Of a stretch of 64,000 bases of DNA, positions 12,114-26,402 are shown in pieces. The notes beneath the pieces are model-generated. The model did not search any database. It had not been told where the DNA came from and saw only the letters and a list, made by a program, of their open reading frames with translations. Made by a program: the position numbers and the translations under genes. The first letter of the stretch is position 1. Each line of letters opens with the position of its first letter. The stretch covers positions 13,950,001 through 14,014,000 of the forward strand of contig CM106586.1 in the NCBI GenBank assembly GCA_048013815.1. The letters run 5' to 3'. The DNA comes from Setoptus koraiensis (taxonomy: Eukaryota > Animalia > Arthropoda).

Positions 12114-12767
12114 GTTGTCATTCATTTCGATATTGAACAATTGATGTCACTGGCCGATTGAATTGTTGGAATTCCAAAAACAAGCTCCTAAGACGGTTTT
12201 TAATTATGTAACCAATCGATTGTATTTCAAATATGTGTCTCACTGACGAGATGGATTGAATGCACGATATTTTGAACTAGCTGATCTAGCCAAACAAACG
12301 AGGGAATTTTTGCGCAAGAAGCGGCATGACTACCGTGTTAGTCGTGTTGTTTAGTCAGCGGTGATCATTGATGATCATTAGACATCGCAACGAGCCCATC
12401 GAAATTCATGTATATCTAGCGAGGATGCGTTCTTTTCTCGCATGTTGCCCAACTAGAGAAACAACGACAAATGAAAGAAAGAAATTATTGTTATTATTCT
12501 ACATGACGCCTCTTGGAAACGTCGCCGCTGCAAGCCCCGTTGCAATGTAGTTTTGATGAGTCTGTTGCCGTAACGAATCGCCACATCAAACACAGTGCCA
12601 CAAACAAAAAGGAAGATGCAGATACAAACAATAAGCAACAACAAAGACAGATCCATATCTAATTAACGCCATCAATCTGTTAAAATGAAGACGAGAAACT
12701 TGTTATGCGTGTCGAAACAACGCTTAGCTAGATTGTTTTCGGCAAACTTCCAAATGGATGACTATTT

Positions 12768-12777
12768 CTATTTTTAA
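12768..12777. promoter_or_regulatory. Candidate MEF2 site upstream of troponin I
   Basis: CTATTTTTAA fits YTAWWWWTAR, ~650 bp 5' of the TnI ATG. A single short AT-rich motif could be chance. Confidence 0.35.
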
Positions 12778-13165
12778 AAAGCACACACATAACTTGTATA
12801 TTGTGGCCAACAGCATCTCATGACATCACAAGTCTGATTGATGGTTGATAAACTAGCTGAGAATTGTTGTTGCTGCAAAATTTTATCTCTTAGAATAATC
12901 ATTTTGTATGTAGCTCTTGTAATTTATCCATGTGCTGCTCTCTGTTCAATGTTTCATGATGTTGCATAGCAAGCACTCGGTGGGGACTTGAACATTTATC
13001 CGCGGCAAATGACTACAGAGCTTGACTGTTGTCAGCCAAGCGCCTCGTCAACACTACGAAGACGATCAATTTTGCAATGGCTCCACGCCGGTGCTAGAGA
13101 CTAGAGACTAATCACTAGTGCTAGCATAATCGGTGGTTATTTTGAACAAAAATCGGTGCCAACGA

Positions 13166-13227
13166 CATATAGCACTAGAATTACTGCCATTGATACACCT
13201 GGACATAATGTAACTAGTTGAATACCA
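13166..13227 (-). pseudogene. 62-bp degenerate copy of the transmembrane-encoding segment of the 15.2-19.2 kb gene
   Basis: 57/62 identical to 15308-15369; reads GIQLVTLCPGVSMAVILVLY versus GIQLVAFCLGVSMGVILVLY. Confidence 0.85.
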
Positions 13228-13498
13228 TTTTTTCTTGGAGTACCCCATGGGGAAGGATTGTTCGGGTCCTGCCCCATCGATTGCTTGAGTTTTTCACTCC
13301 AAGATTGACAAATTTTCATTTGTTCCGGAAATTAATGTTTGGCATCTTCGGCATACATCTCGAAGTGATGGCTATTGCTATTCTTCAGATAGATCGAAAC
13401 TTTTGAGTGGTGGCCACCCGTGCTTTCGGGATCTTTGATTATCCGCGACACATCGGCGTCCGTGAAACACTGAGCCCTTGAAGACTCCATCATGATGC

Positions 13499-14803
13499 GA
13501 TGGCAAAAGAGGCGACTCTATTTACGGTGGACCATTCGAGGATGAGAATCTTACATTGAAACATGACAAACCCTACCTATTGTCCATGGCTTATAGAGGA
13601 AAGGATACAAACAGGTCACAGTTCTTCATCACCACAGCTCCGGCTTCGCATCTGGATGGAGTGCATGTAGTATTTGGCGAGCTCATTGATGGTTTCGACA
13701 TTGTCAAAGATATCGAGAATCAGCCTGTCGACGCCAAATCAAGGCCGATCACTAGGGCCAACAGAATCGGTAGTTATTTTCGCCCTAAATCGGTAGAAAT
13801 CATTCAGAAACCTGGGTTTTTTCGGTAGGAATCGGTAGAAACATACATTTTGCTCATGGATAGCAACAAAAAACCGTTGAAATTTTTTCGCGCTCCTTCC
13901 ACGACAGATAAATAGACCTAAAAGATTTGAAACTTTAGCATAGAATTGAGTGTGTGTGAGCGCCAGCCGCTTTGAAGCATGTAATGTAATGCAAGCGTCT
14001 GTCAGTCTGGCAGATTTTTCAATTCCTATGCCTATTTGTGTGTTCACGCCAGGCGACGGATTTTCGGTAGTTATGGGAAAAATCTGACAAATTCGGTGAT
14101 TTCGGTGGAAACAAGTGCCCCTCAAACGACTTATCTATGCTTGTTTTGCTCGAATACGAAGTTTCAGAGTTTTCCCCTGGCTAGAACCGAATCGGTTAAT
14201 AACCGATTCTGTTGGCCCTACCGATCACCAAGATCCTCATCGTTGATTGTGGCGAATTGAAACAAGACTCGCTTGAGAGAAATCAGAATTATGACGTCAA
14301 AAAATCGAGGGGGATATCGGAGCGGTCATATGATAAAAATAAAGAGAGACTATTACCAAAAAAAAATACTCTAGTCGGAGAGACTCAATGTCGCCAAGCC
14401 CAAAAAGACGCTCTCATCGCCATTTGTAGCAGAGTCGACCTCATCTGATGATAGTTCTACCTCTGATGGATCTCATTCTGAAGGATCGTCCTCTTCGTCA
14501 TGCACATCATCATCAAGTAGGGTTGGAAGTAAAAGAAAAGAAAGAGAAGACGGTGCTAATTCAGAAAGGAACCATGAAGACGATGACAGCGATGTGGTAA
14601 TCCAAGAGAAAACTAGCATAAATAACAAAAACGCCAAAGACGAACGAGATTATCCTTGCAGCGTCAAGCCCGACGAAATTTCCCAAATTCCGGTAAACAA
14701 ATTCTTCTTTCGGCCGATAGCAAAGGAATCGGATGAGAGTGTGAACAACGATGAAGAACCTATTGAAGTAGATATAGATCTTGTTGGGATCAACATCGGT
14801 TGA
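13499..14803 (+). pseudogene. PPIG: Cyclophilin G / Moca-cyp-like peptidyl-prolyl isomerase pseudogene
   Basis: [17 protein letters not shown]...[20 protein letters not shown]...[10 protein letters not shown]...SRPIT / KILIVDCGEL, then a Ser/Arg/Lys-rich region and CSVKPDEISQIPVNKFFFR (Moca-type motif). Lesions: in-frame TGA at 13493 and no in-frame N-terminal half, substitutions in conserved motifs (SMAN>SMAY, NGSQ>NRSQ), MITE insertion, and at least two frame changes near 14360 and 14425. Confidence 0.85.
13753..14220. mobile_element. 468-bp non-autonomous DNA transposon (hAT-type MITE)
   Basis: Perfect 19-bp TIRs tagggccaacagaatcggt (13753-13771) / accgattctgttggcccta (14202-14220). 8-bp TSD ccgatcac at 13745-13752 and 14221-14228. 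Repeated internal (a/t)tcggtag motifs. An 8-bp TSD with TAGGG termini is characteristic of hAT. Confidence 0.9.
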
Positions 14804-15182
14804 GTCCAAGGACTCTTCCAGGCCTCTATCATCGTCTGGAGCTTTTGGCAGCATCCGCAGGTGCCCATGCAGACACTTTCATTGGTGATAAGAAAGAAAT
14901 CCATCTCCAGAATTGTAGATGACGAGAAGATAATTCATTAGTATTTGGTTTAGTTTTGTTAGATTGCTAGTCAAGCAACTAGGTTCGGTTAGAACATTAT
15001 TAGGTTAGTAGGTTAGTAGGTATGTGATTATCATCACATCAGCATCGCAATAATATTCAAGTTAGATACACGACAAACATCATGTTGGCGGGTATGAAGG
15101 GGCATTGCGGCTTGTTGGTTCAGTGCGTAACTTTATTGAAAGTAAAATTTTCACAATAACAACATAAACGTAGAATATATTG

Positions 15183-18100
15183 TCAATCGCCAAAATTGTT
15201 GTTCAGTGGCACGACACTGACGCTCATCTGGCGCCTATTTGTTTGTCGCAACCTGCGACTTTGGTAGTCTTCGTAGAGATTCACTGCGCACCCCGAAATG
15301 TGACTACCATATAGCACTAAAATTACTCCCATTGATACACCTAGACAAAATGCAACTAGTTGAATACCAACACCCGTGTGGCTCTTGCCTTTTGCCACCA
15401 ATTTTGAAAATTGATCTCTCACTTTGTCCATCGTGCTGGCGCTTATTTTTTCCATTTCATCATTGATCGCTTGTTCGTCGCTGGTCAGTTTTTGGCCCAG
15501 TTTTTTCTCTTTGTATTGTTGGAGAAAATGTTTAACTGCAATGCTCTGCTTGGTTAGATGATTGTGCACGCAAGTATTGTTTGATTCGGTGACAAGAACC
15601 ACATTGTTCTGTTTGGCCGAATCATAGATTTTGCTCTCAATTGGCGAGTACTCGACATAATCTGGCGATTCCTGTGTCACATTGGCGAGATCCATATCAA
15701 ATGTGCGCACATGGTGCAGGTAACAGCTACGATCTACCGTTATTCTTTCCTTGCAAAAATCATACGACACACAATCGGGATCGCCATACAAACACTCCAT
15801 GGCGCACTCTTGGTCGGTGAGGCCCAATAATTTTCTTGTAACGCTCTCTTGCTCGCTGTCTGTTGCCTCTCTCCCGTTCACTATCAAACGCAATATCTTG
15901 TCTGGCGTTTTACTGAAAAAATCGCCCAAATCGTAATAGTACCTGTAACAAGATTGATACTGACGAATTGTAATGTTTGGTTCACTTGATGAGTCTTGAT
16001 TGGCGGCATCATCGTCACTGTCACTATTATCAGGCTCGTCAGCCGATACCTGATTTGATGGTGGCAATGCGGTTGTGGTTGTGTCGTCAATTGTTTCCGG
16101 CATGAAAATAGCCTTCGCTTGATGCTTGTGAGAGCACACAGACTGAATGGGACAAAACATAAAAGCTTGATCTGACCAATCTTTTGAGCCTCTCACGTCG
16201 AGCGACTTTCGGCTCGATGTGGCACATTCCTCGAGCGATTTAATTGTGTAGCCATGCTTTAATTGACTCAAATTGGCTCGAATCATGTGCATTGTCAAGC
16301 TACTGAATTGATTTAAAGCGTCCAATTTGTGCAATGTACACTGCCCATTGTGGCCAAAAGAGAACGTTTGCTTGGGGTATCGCTTGTCGACATAGCTGAA
16401 TTCACCTGTTGACCGCTCGATACTTTTCGTCTGGGCAACAATCAATTTGTCGACATTGAATTTGTCTAGAGCCAGTGCGGACAAAACGCAAACGTTGCGT
16501 TGTTGTTGCTTACAAAACGAATACGACATACAAAATCTCTCCAAAGCGCAGGCCCTCTGACAGAATATGATGCCGCGTCTCTTGTTGAGCTGCAACGTAA
16601 TTGAGTGAAATTTGTCCTTGTTGTCCGATTGATCAGCGATGTAATGCACACTTTTTAGCACCTCGCGTTCGTCCAAATCGTCCAAGCGACGCAATACTAA
16701 ATTGTTGACAGCGCCTACGTATGTTTTAGTTCTTGACGCTCCATCCACAGAAATTTCAAATGAAACTTTGTCCAGGAAATTGGTGTTGGCCTTGTGTTTG
16801 GCGGTGTTGAGCGTGGCGCCCAAGTTGTATTGTGCAACAGTGGGCATCACCTGGGACACTGTACATTTGTTCGGATTTTGAAAAGAATCTGTGTCTAAAA
16901 CGGACAATTTGTCGCCAAATAAAGTCGCATGGTCTTGTGTGTACATATAGCACGCTCCTGTCCAAGGACAAAATCTCACTGTTTGCATGAGATCGCGTCT
17001 AGCAGCCGTTGCGACACACTCAGCCTTGTTAATATTACGTAAAGTGAGAGTGGCAATTGGCAGATCCTCCTCAGAGGTCACCAACAAGTAGCCCAAAATT
17101 TTCTCATAGACTGTTTCACAGATCGAGATAGACAATGATTGACTAGTCAGTTGATGACAAATAGTTGATGGTGCATATATATATTGTGTGTGTTATGTAC
17201 TCACAGGTGAAGCGGGGCACGTCCAACAATTTAGCCGATATCACAATGGAGCTGCCCAGATATTTGCTCTCCAGATCGGTGATTCGAAATCTGGGCATTC
17301 CCAGTCTGTAACTCAGCCTGTTAATTATACTCTCTTCTATTGCTCTCGAGTGCAACTTGAGCGCACGTAAGTCCCTCTTTGAAACTAATTCGTTGTGGCT
17401 TGCATCGGGCTCGATGGCAAATTTCATCGACATTTGAGAGTTTCTAAACGGTACACATTGTGGGGTGTCGAAAAGTTGCACTGGCTTCGTGTTGGACAGT
17501 GATTCTGATTCCAACGGGTCCACGTCTAGCGACCACGAGAACGAGCTGAAAGTTATCCATTTAAGCAGCCGCATCTCTCGCGTTATGTTTTCGTATGAGC
17601 GCAATTCTAGTCTCTTGATCAAACCAACATACTTGGAGCTGGTGTATCGACCCGTGGGCACGGTGCCGCTTTCCGTTGTGACATAAATGAGTATGTAATA
17701 TTTTTTATCACTACTCAATTCACCCTGTCCGAATATGATTGGCATAAGCGACGTAGTCAGTCTAACCTCATACACGTCACATTCCAATCCTTCGAATTCG
17801 TCAGAGCCCATTCTATGTACATATCTTATGGGGCCAAGGATGGCATCCAATCCGTTGTCGATTGACATCTTAACAACATACTCGATGTTGATTGGTGTGA
17901 CGGCGCACGTTCTCGTCTCTCTCAGCGGATAATCATCATCATCTCTGGATGAGCCGCCGCCCAAATTAGTGGCATAATCCTTCGAAGCGTCCAAATCTAT
18001 ATTACATGCGACTCTATGATTGAAGTCATAAATTGTTTTCGTGTTCCAATGATCGATTCTTAGTGTCGCTGTGTCTTCGTCGAAGGCAATGAACGACGGC

Positions 18101-19172
18101 GTCGCATCATTGATGAGATATTGGCCAGAAAATTGTCGAGCATTCGACAAGATAATACCCGGTTTGTCTAGATGATCTGAGCATCCAATACCGACCGGCA
18201 AAGTCAGTGGATTGTTTGTGGAAAGTGCTGGCGAACGAAGACTATTAAAATCTCTAATTGCTTGCACAACAAAATAATCCACTGTTATACCCAACGAAGA
18301 TTGACATAAATCGAAGAATTCCTTGCTATTGAATCCCTTAGTGGAATCGCCATCGAAAATAAGCAGCTGTATCCTAATGGGAACGCTCTTGACGTGGTAG
18401 TATCTTGAGCCCATTTCATAAGCTTTACTGTTTGGCGGTTTAACTGAGGCCACCACAACCTGGATGGTTTGAATCTTGCCAGGATCCGTTCGTCCGGGAA
18501 ACGAGGCCACATAATAGTCGACAAACGTTTTGCGTTGCTGATCGAATGAATTGTATCTCAGTTTCAATTTATGGCTTATCCTTTGTGCCAGCAGTAACAA
18601 TCGAACCGTCCCCACAGCAGACGTAAACTGGCCTTCGACATAATTTTCGGGTAACAAATCAATCATCTTTGCCATGTCCGACAGGTCCCACGATCGCATA
18701 TCTTTTAGGGAGCAGAGCACTTTCTGCTCGTCATATTCCGTTATCAACAATCTGGCTCTGCTGCGATCAAAGTTGTAATAGACGGCGGATTTGCCCGTTC
18801 TCTCATTTCTTGTCCTGATAGACGTCGAGCCAGCCGTAGTGCCATCGTTCCTAGCCGGTCGCAAATCAACGTGCTCCTGGATTTTGAACATTTCCATATT
18901 GGCGTCATTCTGTTAGAATTAATTCAATCGAAATCAACCATTGAACTAGTCGAATTAAATTTGAGATCATTTCAAGTATACGCGAGATTACGGCTTTGGG
19001 GCTAAATTGAAATTGAGAAAAAATCATACCATACCTCAGTTTTGCCGGAAAGCTCGGCATAAATTTCCACTAGTTCGGGCAATTCAAAGCTGGCCGCAAC
19101 TGACCTCATCATCCCACTGCAACAGATTATTAATATGCCGATAGCGCCAATAAACATCTTATTAGGCGTCAT
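15183..19172 (-). CDS. Uncharacterised type I membrane protein, ~1256 aa, with several PAN/apple-like Cys modules; exons 19172-19035, 18909-17205, 17110-15183
   Basis: Signal peptide MTPNKMFIGAIGILIICCSGMMRSVAA. Junctions GAG|GTATGG...CTAACAG| (phase 0) and ACCT|GTGAGT...AAACAG| (phase 1) give 3771 nt in frame. PAN-like patterns ECAMECLYGDPDCVSYDFC..CYLH and ACALERFCMSYSFC..CVLS. TM segment GIQLVAFCLGVSMGVILVLY, then a ~40-aa tail. Family assignment is tentative. Confidence 0.75.
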
Positions 19173-19832
19173 TTTTGTATTCTCGCGACAACTTTTTTTC
19201 GTAAGAGACAAACTATCCAATTGATTAAATCTTCCAAATTCTTCTACACATTCGACGAACTCATTACGCAAAATTGATAAATAGTGATAGTGTAACGGTT
19301 CAACGGTTGCGGAAACTATTCTGAGGTCAATCGACTGCCTCAGGTGTGCGTTTAGCATCTATCTGAATTGACGAGTCAAACTAGATGAGCATAAATAACA
19401 GGAAAGAGCTTATCGCTGTTTGAATCACAAATTTTAGAGTAAATGCCAAGGACAGGCTGTAATCGAACGTGGCGTGATAGACTGAATACAAACAGGCACA
19501 GCAAGCTAGATAAAATTGATACGGTGACCTCCCGGTGAAGAGGTAGATGATTAGTCAATACTAAAACACACATTGGATTTATACTTTGGTAAGTTCGAAA
19601 TGAGGAGAGTGCAACAGCGATTGAATAGATTGTTGCCAATTGCATAGGTAGGAGAAAAACCACTGAGGGGTTTTTTCGTTCTTTTAATCAGTATTTCCAT
19701 TTTGACAACAATTGTTCACACTGAAACCATTGTTTCAACAGTAATAGTCATCATCTTCATGCCCGCTCGAACAATACTAGTTATCCAGTTGATTGTATGC
19801 TCACATACACACGACAATCTAGATTTATGTAT

Positions 19833-21437
19833 TCAAATTTTCACATTAGCATCACTGGAAACACTGGCCGGCTCAGAGACGGTCTTTGTACTGTCTTGAC
19901 TCAAATGTAAAGGTCTTGGTCCATAGAGTAGCACGTAGGCACAATGCCAATCGCCGCCGCCGGACAATTTGAGGATCTCATCTTGATCTACGGGTTCCAC
20001 TCGATCGTCGTCGCATTGGAACCATTGATTGTCTCGTTTGATCCATCCCACATAATGTCCGCTGGAGCTAGATCGGCCTTTGTGCGTTAGAACCGCCTTC
20101 AATTCGTAGAAAGCACTATTGTTTGATCCGGGATCATCTTCAAAAGAGTATTGTGTCAATTGTTTTAAATCATCATCATCACTATCTGCGGATTTTTCGG
20201 CCGACCCCGATGTGCCTGGCCGTTGGCTGTCCATGGGCTCGCCACTAGATTTATCTTTGTTGCTATCGCTAGTATCCATTTGTTTGTTATGTTCAGCGTC
20301 TTTTTTGGCCAAACTGTTGAGCGCAATCTCATCATCGGCCAATTTGTATTTGGCTCGCATGGGCGCCAATTTTTCTTGTAATTGTTGGGTACACAAATCA
20401 TATACATCCAATATCATACTGAATTTGACATCACGCAACAATTTGGCATTTGTTTGCACGCTACCTTTGTAATAAAATCTAACAAATTGTATTGTCAGAT
20501 AGGCGGGCAATCTGTTGATGCGGGACGCCTTTGTGTAGCTGGCGTCACGATTTAAAATGGGCGAATGTTTCGTGATGGTCTCCTTCATACGGGACACCAA
20601 GCCGGATTGCATGTATTTAATGTCTTGCGATATGAAACAGCTCAATTGTAGGAAATTCTCTGTTGTTTTGTTCGCCGGTTCCTCTGGGGCCTCATCACAT
20701 TTCATTTCCACTTCGAACTGTCCGCCAAAATATTGATCTATGAAATTGTTGAATTTGGAATTCTCTTGTAATGGCTTCAGATTTTGCTGTAGCATTCTGG
20801 TGAGCTCTGTCCAACATTCATTGGCGTCCTGCTGTTGAAAGGCGCCACCTTCGCCCCGTTGCGCAAACCTGGGTATTGATGTGTGTAATACTTTCAACAG
20901 TATTATCGGGTCAATGGTGGACGCCGAATCCATGTCGTCGTACAAATTCCGAATGGCCGCGGTAACACTCTGATGGCTGGCCTCATTGGAGAAGGTGTCC
21001 AATATGGACAGTTTGCCCTCGTATCGCCTGAGGGCTTCGCGAAGCTCTGGCACGGTTCGCAGACATTGTACAGTGGCCGACATGTAGCATGTGTTGCCCA
21101 GATTCCTCAGGCCGGCGGGTAGATCGAGCGCAGCAGCCAGCTCATTGTCGTTCATGTCCTCGACAAATTTTGGCTTCTCAACGGGCGCCTCGGGCAGTTT
21201 CTCACTGGAGCCCATCAACATAAATACACTGCCGTTGGTCACTGTAAAATTCTCTGGCCAAGCGTCGTCCTTAATAACTGCCCCCTTGAACATACATTTC
21301 TGTCGCTCTGTTGGCACTCCTGTCAGGGCGAACAATTGTGCCTTGAACAATATCGGGGCCTCGTTGCAATCCAATTCGATATCTTCGAACGTTTGCTTGC
21401 CATTGGACCATTTCACTTTGACTTTGACAGACGACAT
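19833..21437 (-). CDS. USP14: Ubiquitin carboxyl-terminal hydrolase 14 (proteasome-associated DUB), 534 aa, intronless
   Basis: Ubl domain (VKVKWSNGKQTF...FKAQLFALTGVPTERQK), Cys box GLRNLGNTCYM, QQDANECW, His box LTHKGRSSSSGHYVGW, WFQCDDD, C-terminal GGGDWHCAYVLLY. Confidence 0.97.
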   Translation of the reverse strand: MSSVKVKVKWSNGKQTFEDIELDCNEAPILFKAQLFALTGVPTERQKCMFKGAVIKDDAWPENFTVTNGSVFMLMGSSEKLPEAPVEKPKFVEDMNDNELAAALDLPAGLRNLGNTCYMSATVQCLRTVPELREALRRYEGKLSILDTFSNEASHQSVTAAIRNLYDDMDSASTIDPIILLKVLHTSIPRFAQRGEGGAFQQQDANECWTELTRMLQQNLKPLQENSKFNNFIDQYFGGQFEVEMKCDEAPEEPANKTTENFLQLSCFISQDIKYMQSGLVSRMKETITKHSPILNRDASYTKASRINRLPAYLTIQFVRFYYKGSVQTNAKLLRDVKFSMILDVYDLCTQQLQEKLAPMRAKYKLADDEIALNSLAKKDAEHNKQMDTSDSNKDKSSGEPMDSQRPGTSGSAEKSADSDDDDLKQLTQYSFEDDPGSNNSAFYELKAVLTHKGRSSSSGHYVGWIKRDNQWFQCDDDRVEPVDQDEILKLSGGGDWHCAYVLLYGPRPLHLSQDSTKTVSEPASVSSDANVKI

Positions 21438-22238
21438 GTCGGCGTGCTGGCGGTGCCGGTGGTTGTTGCTGGGTTGTTGCTGTGGTTGGTGAAGTTGTTG
21501 CTGTTGCCGCTGTTGTTGTTGTTGCTGGCGTGCCCAATTGACACAAGTTGATGGCAATGGATGGTCAATAAGGGCGGCTATCAAGATGATAAAATAATAA
21601 TGTGTAATGTCAGTTTGTTTGTGGTATAATACACTATCGGTTGTATGCAGTGCGTTGCCCTGTCGCGCTGCAGCGTGCTCAATAATCATCCGTTTTTTAG
21701 TCATACACACACACACACACACAAGACACACTATGCACTGCTCGAGGCTGACTGCAATGACGCACGCACAAGATATTCGCAAATCATGTTTATTGTCGTA
21801 TGCCGTTCGTACAGTCAAGCACTATGGAGCTTCGAAAAAACACCACCACAACTACAGAATAGGTGTCAAAATCATATGCGCATCGACGGCACTGCTGGCA
21901 ACAGGCATAACTCTTCGCTAATTCGAATTTGGCGCTCTCTTCTGCGCACCTTATTTATTTATCCTACTGTACATACGCCAGACTCAATGGTCATTTACAC
22001 CAATCATCATATCATCTGACCTGCCAGCCGGCGGGTCTACCTGCCGAACCGTTTGGTTGATTTAAAAATTTTATACCAGTTTCTGATAAAATATAAAACA
22101 TTTGTTGATGATATCTCGCTGCCCAATTCACTGAACAGCCTATCAGAGGGTTCACGATCGGACTGGCCTTCCAAATATAAAGCTTGGCGTCCCTTTATAC
22201 AAGCTGATCGGTTCATTTGACCAACCACAAAAAGCAAA

Positions 22239-24119
<1,881 letters not shown>

Positions 24120-26402
24120 TCAAAACCATCAATTCTATTCTAAAATCTACTGCTATGAACATCAGTTACATGGATAAATAAATAAATGTATTAAATGTCT
24201 AAATTGATTAATAGCTGTTCAATATTGGCGATTTGCTGCGTCCTCGTAGAGACGATAATAACAATCATCAGCTGTTCAGCAGTAAGAACAGCGAGTTACG
24301 ATGGACTTATTTTTTTGAGCGCGCAGATTGCACAAATTTCGCTCTTTTCAGTTCCTTCGAATACATTAAGAATTGCGCATTATTATTGCAAATTTCCGTT
24401 GTCACCGTATTATAGTGGTAAAAAGTGTACAACAAGCTTTGCTTGATTAGTGTTGATAAAATTTTATAAAATAAAATTTTTACCCCAAAATCACTCCTGG
24501 TTGCACAAGCTCTCTTGGCTTGGTTGGTAAATGTCCCACTCGATTGCCCGGTACCAAGAAGATCTCGCCATTAGCAAGCAATCGTTAGCGCCAAAGCAAT
24601 TAATTGGCTTTTCTCATGACGCGTTGATTAGTCTCTGTAGAATTACGTAAGTAGCCTAGTCAGTATGATGGCACTTTGCAGGTCTGGTGCTTATTGATTT
24701 GAGCCATGTTGCAGCCTGGGTGCAAGTGTGGGCGCCCAAAATTTGGGCCTCACGGCATACCTATGTGCGGCTATACAGGCGCTATGTGCTCGTATCAAGT
24801 TCGGCTCGGCTCGCCGTAACGACTGAACGGTTCGAGGGCAGTAGCTTAAGTTATTACAGCCTTGCAATAAGGTCGAAATTGGGTATTTGTGTTCTATTAG
24901 TAGCAACATTAATTATTTAGTACCACTTCTTTGGACCGCAGCCAGCGAGTGCCCTTGAGAAGACACACACACACACACACAAATCGGCTAGACGAAATCC
25001 CCAAGATCAGCTCGTGAGATATTGTATTTCGTTTGATTGTGTGTCTCACATGGGAGAGAGTTGAGATAAATAATTTATAGAGAGAGATCTTGTAGCAGGG
25101 CAGACAAATAACAATGGCTTCTTTTTAAAGGCAATGATTCGAACTGATCGCTAAAGATATGATTCTTTCGAGAAACACACTGCTGGTTTGTACCACAAGA
25201 CTACACAACACAATGAGAGTGTATATTTCACAATATAGAGAAAGAATATCACGTCGAACGCTTGTTCCACAATAAAAACAGTTCCTCGTTTTTTTGCACC
25301 CATCGTGCCTGATCGTATCAGCCGATCGGGCAGACACACGAAACGGCGTGAGTTATGTTTATAGTTCCGCTTGCGCCGCGGCCTGATACGCTTGTTCGCG
25401 GGGCCTTATCTGGGGCCTCAGCGATCAGGCTGAGCTTAAGCCGACCCAACTACCACCACCTATCATGCCGGTTTATCGACTGCAGCGCATATCATATTAG
25501 ATGTGAGTGTGCCGGCGATCATGAGATCAATGAGATAGATATCGAGACTGGCTCGATAGGTTAGGGGTGGGCGGCGGGGTCCCTGGCGGCTAGTGAGAGA
25601 GAGAGAGAGAGAAGGGGGGAGGACACTAACCAATGGACAATAAGTCATAGTTAACCTATGTTGAAGTTTTAAAAAGACGACGAATAAGAGAGTGAAGTGA
25701 AGTGCGACAGATCGGTCGCATTGGGCGCAACGGAATCGGACCAGTTCGGTTTGGATGTGTTCGGTCAGACGGGGGGCAAACATCAATTGAGATTAGGCAG
25801 GAGATTGGTGCTGTTATTGTGCTGGTATAAGCGATCGCGACCGTGCAGAGGGCTCGAAATGAAAATAAAGAGGAAGAGGGGGGCAGATTTATAGGTAATA
25901 CGGGCGCTTGAAACAGATGACTCTGGTTGGCGTGTCACAACAATGGCGCCGGTCGTGAGGTGAAGATTTTCAAGTGTGATTCTCAAAACCGCCCTCACTT
26001 CGCCTATTTGCACTTACATAATCTGGCCTCTCTTCATCTTGAACACACACACGCACTTTGGGGCGCACATTTACACCTACAAACGAACAGTGTGCAAACA
26101 GGGCCCCTCACGACGACAGCAAAAACAACAACAACAACAGCAGCGGTACATAGCGCCGGCTGGCGCCCCTCGCATATATCGTTGATGTCAAAACTCAACT
26201 TTTTGACATCGACAGCAGCCAGCGGCGACGCGTGAGATTGATTCAGCGGCTCAGTTGAGTTTGAATTTTTAATCAACTAATGTGATTATTTCCTAAGCTC
26301 GATGGCGGGCGGCCCGCCATTGTTGCAAATCTGTGCCGTCGCATGGGGGCCGTATGTAATACTATTATTGGTATTATTATTTAAAAATCATCAACGTGCA
26401 CT

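Noticed and set aside
12973-12993. tRNA-like T-loop/acceptor fragment on the minus strand (gttcaagtccccaccgagtgc)
   Set aside because: No T-stem pairing, no D or anticodon arms, and no 5' acceptor strand.
19376-19699. Small minus-strand ORF between USP14 and the PAN-like gene
   Set aside because: No motif; its position fits 3' UTR or promoter sequence.
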